In this document: piece by piece, positions 9,660 to 15,048 of the stretch
How the letters are laid out: each line of letters begins with the position of its first letter
How positions within the stretch are numbered: position 1 is the stretch's first letter
DNA from: Chloroflexota bacterium
Lineage (GTDB): Bacteria; Chloroflexota; Limnocylindria; Limnocylindrales; CSP1-4
Length of the DNA stretch: 40,565 nt
NCBI GenBank assembly: GCA_013815585.1
Contig: JACDFU010000004.1
Span: forward strand, 1-40,565
Direction: 5' to 3'
Position numbers and translations under genes: made by a program
Notes under the pieces: generated by a model
Told to the model about the DNA's origin: nothing
Database searches by the model: none
The model's input: the letters and a program-made list of their open reading frames with translations, nothing else

Positions 9660-9973
9660 AGGCAGGAACGACGATCGAGGTTGACAGCCAGCCCGCTCTG
9701 GACGGGACGCGTTGTGATGTCCGCGTTGCCGATGCCCTGGGCGAGACCCGTCACAGGGTCTGGATCAGCCAGGCGGACCTGGAGCACCTGGCGCCGCCCG
9801 GAACCGATGCCGATGCGCTGATTAGTGCCTCGTTCGCGTTTCTGCTGGAGCGTGAGCCAAAGGAATCGATCCTCAGCGAGTTCCGAATCGGCGAGATCAG
9901 CCGCTACTTTCCGGAGTACGACACCGAGATCCGGGCCGGGTTGGGTCCGCCCGATCCGCCGGGGACCTCCTAG
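9656..9973 (+). CDS. Small hypothetical protein (105 aa, CTG start; not in the ORF track)
   Basis: Open frame from CTG 9656 (CTGA overlap with the hflX stop, GGAG 8 nt upstream) to TAG 9973: LKAGTTIEVDSQ...ETRHRVWISQADLEHL...LISASFAFLLEREPKESILSEFRIGEISRYFPEYDTEIR. It fills the intergenic gap exactly, and the SFxFLLEREPKESIL..F....I.RYFPEY motif resembles a conserved hypothetical family as I recall it. Confidence 0.8.
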   Translation: MKAGTTIEVDSQPALDGTRCDVRVADALGETRHRVWISQADLEHLAPPGTDADALISASFAFLLEREPKESILSEFRIGEISRYFPEYDTEIRAGLGPPDPPGTS

Positions 9974-10722
9974 GGCGACCCTCCCGGCGACGGGGAGGCA
10001 TCCGGTACGGGCGAGGCGGAGGCACCAGGCCGTTGTGGGATCACGAGTCGCTGGCCGATCTCCAGGAGGTCGGGGTCCGCGATGTCGTTTGCCTCGACCA
10101 GGGCCTCGACGGTCACGCCGTAGCGCTCGGCAATCTCGCTGAGCGTCTCTCCCTCGACCACGACGTAGAGCGTCTCAGAGGCAGAGGGACTGGCGTCGTG
10201 GGAGGCAGAGGAACTGGCGTCGGGGAAGGCAGACGCAGGGCTCCCAGTCAGCGTTGGCGAGCTCGGACTGGGAGAGATGTCGAGCAGCTCGTGCTCCGGC
10301 GGTTGCTCCGGTGTCCCGGACACGAACCGAATGACCTCGGACGCACCCGTTGCGGCAACCGTCACCCCGGCCGCGAGGAACAACGCCACCACGACCGCCA
10401 GGGCAATCGACTGCAGGCGCACCATCAGCGGAACATCCGGCTCGAAGGCGGATCGCAGCGTCGCTCGATAGGAGGCGACCATGTCTGTCCAGGAGCGCGA
10501 CGCCACGGCGCGGGCGAAGGACCGAGCCGGCGTCGGGCGCGGCTCGCGGTCAATGACCGCATACGCCCGGTCGAGCAGTCCAGGCGGGACCTGTGGGGCA
10601 TTCTCCTGTGCGTGCGACCGGAGCGACTCGTCGACCAGCTCGAGCCCCTCGGGAAGCTCGCGAGCACCGGGCTCGACGTCATCAAGCCTGCGGTCGCCGT
10701 TCGGGCCGTTCACGCGCGTCAT
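9970..10722 (-). CDS. Putative anti-sigma factor: cytoplasmic N-terminus, one TM helix, Ser/Pro linker, C-terminal LysM domain
   Basis: YVVVEGETLSEIAERYGVTVEALVEANDIADPDLLEIGQRLVIP is a canonical LysM; TM IALAVVVALFLAAGVTVA; ATGA overlap with the ECF stop. Confidence 0.8.
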   Translation of the reverse strand: MTRVNGPNGDRRLDDVEPGARELPEGLELVDESLRSHAQENAPQVPPGLLDRAYAVIDREPRPTPARSFARAVASRSWTDMVASYRATLRSAFEPDVPLMVRLQSIALAVVVALFLAAGVTVAATGASEVIRFVSGTPEQPPEHELLDISPSPSSPTLTGSPASAFPDASSSASHDASPSASETLYVVVEGETLSEIAERYGVTVEALVEANDIADPDLLEIGQRLVIPQRPGASASPVPDASPSPGGSP

Positions 10723-11321
10723 CCCTCACCCTCGGAGACCGGTCCCGATGAGCCGGCCGAGCCCCGCAGGCGCTCGAGCCCGCGATGCAGGTGCGTCTTG
10801 ACCGTTCCCAAAGGCCGCCCGGTCGCAGCCGCGATCTCGCTCAGCGACAGCTCAGCGAAGTAGCTGAGCGTGATGACCTCGCGCTGCTGATCGGGAAGGT
10901 CCGCGACCTCGCGCAGCAGCGCCTGCCGCCTCTCCGCCGTGAGCGCGGCGTCGACCGGATCGGCCTGCGCACGATCAGGAAGCTCGCTGACGGCCTCGAG
11001 CGGAACTGCGTCGCGTCGGCGCGCACGGCGAGCCAGGGAGCGCCGCGAGGCGATGCGTGAGAGCCATCCCCGCAGCGTCCCTTCCCCTCGGAACGTGTTA
11101 AGTGACCGGTAGGCCGTCAAGAAGGTCTCCTGGGTGGCGTCCTCCGCCTCCTGGGGGTCCGTGAGCACTCGATAACAGACGCGATACACGATCTCGGCGT
11201 GGCGTTCCATCAGGATCCGGAAGGCCTCGCGATCCCCCTGGGCGGCGGCTCGGACCGTCGCCCCTTCGTCGTACGGCTCCGCCTCTCCGTCCCCGACAAG
11301 GTCGCTTCTCTGGTGGCTCAC
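10719..11321 (-). CDS. ECF (sigma-70 group 4) RNA polymerase sigma factor
   Basis: GDREAFRILMERH, EAEDATQETFLTAY, WLSRIA, LPDQQREVITLSYFAELSLSEIA, GTVKTHLHRG. Confidence 0.93.
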   Translation of the reverse strand: MSHQRSDLVGDGEAEPYDEGATVRAAAQGDREAFRILMERHAEIVYRVCYRVLTDPQEAEDATQETFLTAYRSLNTFRGEGTLRGWLSRIASRRSLARRARRRDAVPLEAVSELPDRAQADPVDAALTAERRQALLREVADLPDQQREVITLSYFAELSLSEIAAATGRPLGTVKTHLHRGLERLRGSAGSSGPVSEGEG

Positions 11322-11365
11322 CCGCTCATGGTGCCCGATCTATCTACATCGAGCCTGTACTACAT

Positions 11366-11392
11366 GAGGGCGCCGGACGGGCAATCGGTTTC
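11366..11392 (-). promoter_or_regulatory. Putative autoregulatory ECF promoter GAAACC-N16-CCCTC
   Basis: Minus strand GAAACC GATTGCCCGTCCGGCG CCCTC ATG, ~45 nt upstream of the ECF start; same motif and spacing at 14909-14935 and 38372-38398. Confidence 0.6.
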
Positions 11393-11449
11393 GTTGCAAG
11401 AGAAATTAGTTCCGGTGACACCCACTTGCAAGGCGAGGGGTTGTCGAAG

Positions 11450-11977
11450 CTACTCCTGGGCTGCGCCCCCGGGCACGAACAGCGAGACGTCCACCGTGAT
11501 CGTCACCGCCTTCAGCTCCGCGAGGTCGATGCAGGCCTGGTCGGCCGCAGCGGCCCTCGCACCCTCGAGGACGGTCACAGTGAAGCCGCCCTCATCGTTG
11601 CGGTCGATCGAGGCGTCGGCAAGGCCGTAGCAGTCCTCGACGCCACCGTAGTAGTAGATCGTCGCCGTACGACCGTCCGCGGCGATCGAGACATGGTCGA
11701 AGGTGTGCGGGATGGGATTGATGATGCCGGGCTCCGGCACCACGACTCGTGCGCCGCCGTCGAGCCCCACGCCGGCCCCGGGATCCACGCCCGCCCCGGG
11801 ATCCACCGGATCGGCCGGTTTGCCGACGACGCCGCCGTTCGGATCGCCCGTACCAGGGTCGGAACCTCCGCCGGTGGGCTCACTGGCCACCACGGCAGCC
11901 GAACACGCGGTGGCCAGGATGAGGACCGCGCAGAGCGACAGGAGGCGAGCGGCAGGTCGAAGTACCACGTCGAACAT
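11450..11977 (-). CDS. Hypothetical lipoprotein
   Basis: ATG 11977; signal peptide ending LILATAC (lipobox-like); Gly/Pro linker with DPGAGV repeat; C-terminal beta-rich domain with two Cys (GGVEDC...QACIDLA). Confidence 0.75.
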   Translation of the reverse strand: MFDVVLRPAARLLSLCAVLILATACSAAVVASEPTGGGSDPGTGDPNGGVVGKPADPVDPGAGVDPGAGVGLDGGARVVVPEPGIINPIPHTFDHVSIAADGRTATIYYYGGVEDCYGLADASIDRNDEGGFTVTVLEGARAAAADQACIDLAELKAVTITVDVSLFVPGGAAQE

Positions 11978-12043
11978 GAGAAACCTCGGGTATGTACCTG
12001 GCCGACCCACTCCCCGGTGGTGAGCGAGCAGCTGGTGACCCGA

Positions 12044-12070
12044 TGACGGCCGCACTGTTGACTCGGTTCC
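12044..12070 (-). promoter_or_regulatory. Putative ECF promoter GGAACC-N16-CGTCA
   Basis: Classic ECF -35 AAC / -10 CGTC pattern in the intergenic region upstream of the lipoprotein gene. Confidence 0.45.
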
Positions 12071-12117
12071 CACCCCATTCGATCGTGAGCAGGCTCGCTG
12101 GGACGGACCAAGCTCGG

Positions 12118-13968
12118 TCAGCGGGGAGTGCCGACTCCCTCGGTGCAGGCTCCGCCGCGCTCCGGAGCTGTTGCGGCCAGGCGGAAAGCCTGGATGAATT
12201 GGCGGAGTCGAGGATCGTCGGGCCCATCCACGGCCAGCTGGCGGCCCCATGCCGTTGTCACCACGGGCGCACTCAGACCGTCATATGGGCTGACCAGGAT
12301 GTGAATCTGGCTGTAGGCGATCGAGCGCAGCCGAGCCTTCTGGTCGTCCGGCAACTCGGGCCGGTAGGCGATCCAGACAGCGCCGTGCTCGAGGGAGTGG
12401 ACGACATTCTCGTCAGCGATCGGCGCGTCGTAGAATCCGCAGTTCTGCCAGATCGGGGCGTGGTCACCTCCGACCGGCGGTCTCTGTTCGTAGGCGACCG
12501 AGCCCTGCACGTGACTTCGACCGGCGACCGCAACGGTCTGCACGTCACCGGGGGCCGAGGCAAGAAACGGTAGCTGCGGGATCCACAGGATGCCCAGGAC
12601 GGCTGCAGCTCCCACCCCGGTCAGGCCAGCGGTCAGCGCGCGTCGCGGGTTAACCCGCCCCCATCCGACCAGGCCGGCAAGAAGCCTACGTCCGACCAGG
12701 ACGATGAGATAGACAGTGACCGCCAGCGGCAGGACTGCCAGGGCGAGCTGAAGGAGGGCCAGGGCAATCCCATCGGCGCGTCCCTGTTCCCGTGCCTCGG
12801 CGAGCTGCCCTAGCTGATGGAGCGTCGCATCCGAGGCCGCCGCAACGAGCGCCGGTACCCCGCCCACAACCAGGACGATGAGAACCGCGAGCGCCGGGAT
12901 CGTGAGCGCCAGGAAGACCAGAAAAGTGACACGAGGTGCACGGCGAAGCTCAGGCAGCCGTTCCCCCGCTCCCCCACGTGAGCCGAGGAGACTTCGGATG
13001 AAGGGGCCCGCCTGGGAGAAAAGGTCCGGCACACCTGCGAGGTCGGTCAAAACCCAGTAGCCGTCGAGTCTCAGGAACGGAATTAGCTGGCGCACGATCT
13101 CGACGTCGATCAGCAGAACGCCGAGCAGCAGGAATGGCTGACCGGTGAGCAGGTAGAGCCCGATGATCCCCAGCGCCGCAAGGAGGTGGAAGTAGATGCC
13201 GCCGAGATCGGTGCGCAACCTTCCGGCACGTGACAGGCGATAGCTGTCGGTGACATCGGTGAAGAGCGCGGGGTAGACGAGAAAGAGGCCGACCCCCATC
13301 GCGCCGACGCGCCCGCCCCCGTAGACGAGGGCTGCAGCGTGACCCAGCTCGTGCACGATGCCCGCCAGGACGAGCAGGAGGAGCAGAACGAGGATGAGAG
13401 CGGGCGCGTACAGCAGCTGGAGCACGCTGTCGGAGATCCCACGCGCTGCGAACAGCCAGGCATGGCTGGCACCGATCAGAGCAACCAGAACCACGACGAG
13501 CGGCGGCCAGAACAGCCACCGAAGGGGTTTCGCCAGCGCATTCACGGTCGACTCCGGGACCACCCCCAGCCGGGTATGAAGTCCGAGCGCTGACCCGGCG
13601 GCGGGGAGCGTCGACGCTGCTCCACCTCCTTCGGCCACGATCAGCCCCAGCGGTGTCAGCTTCTTGTCGATGAGAAGGGCAACCTGCTCGGCACTGACCA
13701 GCCAGGGGCTCGACCTGCTGACGACAGCCGCGATCTCCTCGACGGTCCGGCGGCCATCGATGACTTCTGCAACCCGATACAGGAGCTCCGTGAGCTGAAC
13801 GAACCGGCCTTCGCGGCGGACCAGCCACTGCTCCTGCGCGAAGCCACTCCCCTGCAGCTTGCCGACCAGCTCAACGCCGTTCGTCAATGAGGGTGGCTTC
13901 TCGAGGGCGGGCACGTTGCCCTGGACACGCAGGCTTGCGCGACGGTCGTCCATCTCGATGAGCATCAA
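12118..13968 (-). CDS. M50 (site-2-protease-like) intramembrane zinc metalloprotease with N-terminal PqqD/RRE-like domain and C-terminal DUF3105 domain
   Basis: HExxH motif VHELGH in a TM segment and QLIPFLRLDGY (variant of NxxPxxxLDG); N-terminal WLVRREGRFVQLTELLYRVAEVIDGRRTVEEIA resembles the PqqD winged-helix pattern; C-terminal PPVGGDH..WQNCGFY...VHSLEHGAVWIAY is DUF3105-like. Start TTG 13968 or ATG 13965. Confidence 0.85.
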   Translation of the reverse strand: MMLIEMDDRRASLRVQGNVPALEKPPSLTNGVELVGKLQGSGFAQEQWLVRREGRFVQLTELLYRVAEVIDGRRTVEEIAAVVSRSSPWLVSAEQVALLIDKKLTPLGLIVAEGGGAASTLPAAGSALGLHTRLGVVPESTVNALAKPLRWLFWPPLVVVLVALIGASHAWLFAARGISDSVLQLLYAPALILVLLLLLVLAGIVHELGHAAALVYGGGRVGAMGVGLFLVYPALFTDVTDSYRLSRAGRLRTDLGGIYFHLLAALGIIGLYLLTGQPFLLLGVLLIDVEIVRQLIPFLRLDGYWVLTDLAGVPDLFSQAGPFIRSLLGSRGGAGERLPELRRAPRVTFLVFLALTIPALAVLIVLVVGGVPALVAAASDATLHQLGQLAEAREQGRADGIALALLQLALAVLPLAVTVYLIVLVGRRLLAGLVGWGRVNPRRALTAGLTGVGAAAVLGILWIPQLPFLASAPGDVQTVAVAGRSHVQGSVAYEQRPPVGGDHAPIWQNCGFYDAPIADENVVHSLEHGAVWIAYRPELPDDQKARLRSIAYSQIHILVSPYDGLSAPVVTTAWGRQLAVDGPDDPRLRQFIQAFRLAATAPERGGACTEGVGTPR

Positions 13969-14510
13969 CGAAGGAGCTCGCCGGCGATCGAGTCCTGGAC
14001 GAGCTGAGCCGTGGCGTCCGTGTCGGCGCTCACGAGCCAGTTTGGTCCCGCGACGCGGGGGACGCTTTCGACGCCCGCCTCGCCAAGCAGTGCCCCTATG
14101 CTGGCAAGGTACCGATTTCGGGCACCTGGATCTTGGAAGACCCGGATGACGACATCATCGGCGCCGATCTTGCAGCGGCCGGCGTCCAGCTCGCCGGACC
14201 CCGCGGGTCGACTCTCGAGCCCCTCACAGGTGACACCCCGGTCGGCCAGCGCCTGTACCAGGCTCGTCGCGCTATCGAAGGTTGGACCCTGTGTTCCAAG
14301 ACTGGCATAGGCCGCAGCGTCTCCCTCCCCCGACAGCCCGAAGCCTTGCCCTCGCTGGTCCGTGGTGAGGCTAAACAGGACGATGACACCGGCCAGGACC
14401 AGCAGGGCTGTGAGGATGACACCGAGTTGGGCTCGGCGCCCTCCGAACAGCCTTGGCCGCCCGTTCACCCGCGCTCCCGCGGCGGCGTGATCAACCGACG
14501 CTTCCTTCAT
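13965..14510 (-). CDS. Hypothetical single-pass membrane protein with extracytoplasmic two-Cys domain
   Basis: TM LGVILTALLVLAGVIVLFSL; LADRGVTC...GRCKIG...VAGPNWLV; GAGGGAG RBS; stop overlaps the protease start. Confidence 0.75.
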   Translation of the reverse strand: MKEASVDHAAAGARVNGRPRLFGGRRAQLGVILTALLVLAGVIVLFSLTTDQRGQGFGLSGEGDAAAYASLGTQGPTFDSATSLVQALADRGVTCEGLESRPAGSGELDAGRCKIGADDVVIRVFQDPGARNRYLASIGALLGEAGVESVPRVAGPNWLVSADTDATAQLVQDSIAGELLR

Positions 14511-14546
14511 GCTCCCTCATCCGGCGGGGAGCCATTGTGGCCCACC

Positions 14547-14577
14547 AACAGAAAGCGGGCCGGTCGAGCCGGCCCGC
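14547..14577 (-). terminator. Intrinsic terminator/attenuator-like hairpin after the peptide gene
   Basis: Perfect 9-bp stem GCGGGCCGG-CTCGA-CCGGCCCGC followed by TTTCTGTT on the minus strand. Confidence 0.65.
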
Positions 14578-14614
14578 CATGGTTACCGGACCCCATCGAG
14601 GGGTCGCGGGGTTC

Positions 14615-14851
14615 CTACTGCTTCTGCTCGATTGTGCAGGTTAGCGGGGTGCTCAGCCAGGTGCTGAGTGCGGTCACGACTGCGCAGACTTGCACAGCGA
14701 CGTTGTTGTTTTTCACCTCGAGCTTCAGATCATTCAGGATGTTCACGCTGCCGATCACGATGGTCACGAGCATCGTCTCGCGCGCCGGGAGCTCGAAGCC
14801 GGCCTGGGACTCGAGATCGGCAGTCGTTAATGCGGTCTTGGTAAGCGACAT
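14615..14851 (-). CDS. Small precursor-like protein (78 aa): acidic leader ending ELPARETM plus a hydrophobic beta-rich core with two Cys
   Basis: Strong AAGGAGG RBS before ATG 14851; MSLTKTALTTADLESQAGFELPARETM-LVTIVIGSVNILNDLKLEVKNNNVAVQVCAVVTALSTWLSTPLTCTIEQKQ; first gene of the cluster containing the RRE-M50 protease. Confidence 0.8.
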   Translation of the reverse strand: MSLTKTALTTADLESQAGFELPARETMLVTIVIGSVNILNDLKLEVKNNNVAVQVCAVVTALSTWLSTPLTCTIEQKQ

Positions 14852-14908
14852 GAATAAGCCTCCTTGGGCTCTGGGGCGCCTCGTGGGTTGCGGCGCGTCA
14901 CTGGTAAA

Positions 14909-14935
14909 GAGGGGCACGAGGCCCCGAACGGTTTC
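14909..14935 (-). promoter_or_regulatory. Putative ECF promoter GAAACC-N16-CCCTC upstream of the peptide gene
   Basis: Minus strand TGAAACC GTTCGGGGCCTCGTGC CCCTC TTT; same boxes and spacing as upstream of the ECF gene. Confidence 0.6.
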
Positions 14936-14944
14936 ACGGATCCT

Positions 14945-14960
14945 CTACGGGAATCCGCAG
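14945..14960. promoter_or_regulatory. LuxR-type palindromic operator candidate CTACGG-GAAT-CCGCAG
   Basis: Near-perfect 16-bp palindrome 9 nt upstream of the -35 box, between the peptide gene and the divergent LuxR-family regulator; 13/16 match to the PimM-type consensus CTVGGGAWWTCCCBAG. Confidence 0.4.
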
Positions 14961-15048
14961 ACTCTCAGCAAACCCGCAACGCCCGATTTACGGGAACAGG
15001 TGGGTATGCGCTCGTCCCTAAGACGGCGACATCCATACCATCCGGTGC

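Noticed and set aside
11318-11329. Mini-ORF ATG AGC GGG TGA overlapping the ECF GTG start
   Set aside because: Could couple translation, but it is too short to distinguish from chance.
12118-14851. Assignment as a known RiPP class (daptide, epipeptide, lanthipeptide, lasso peptide)
   Set aside because: No aminotransferase/methyltransferase set, radical SAM epimerase, LanB/C/M, YcaO or lasso cyclase nearby; the peptide ends in Gln, not the Thr typical of daptides.
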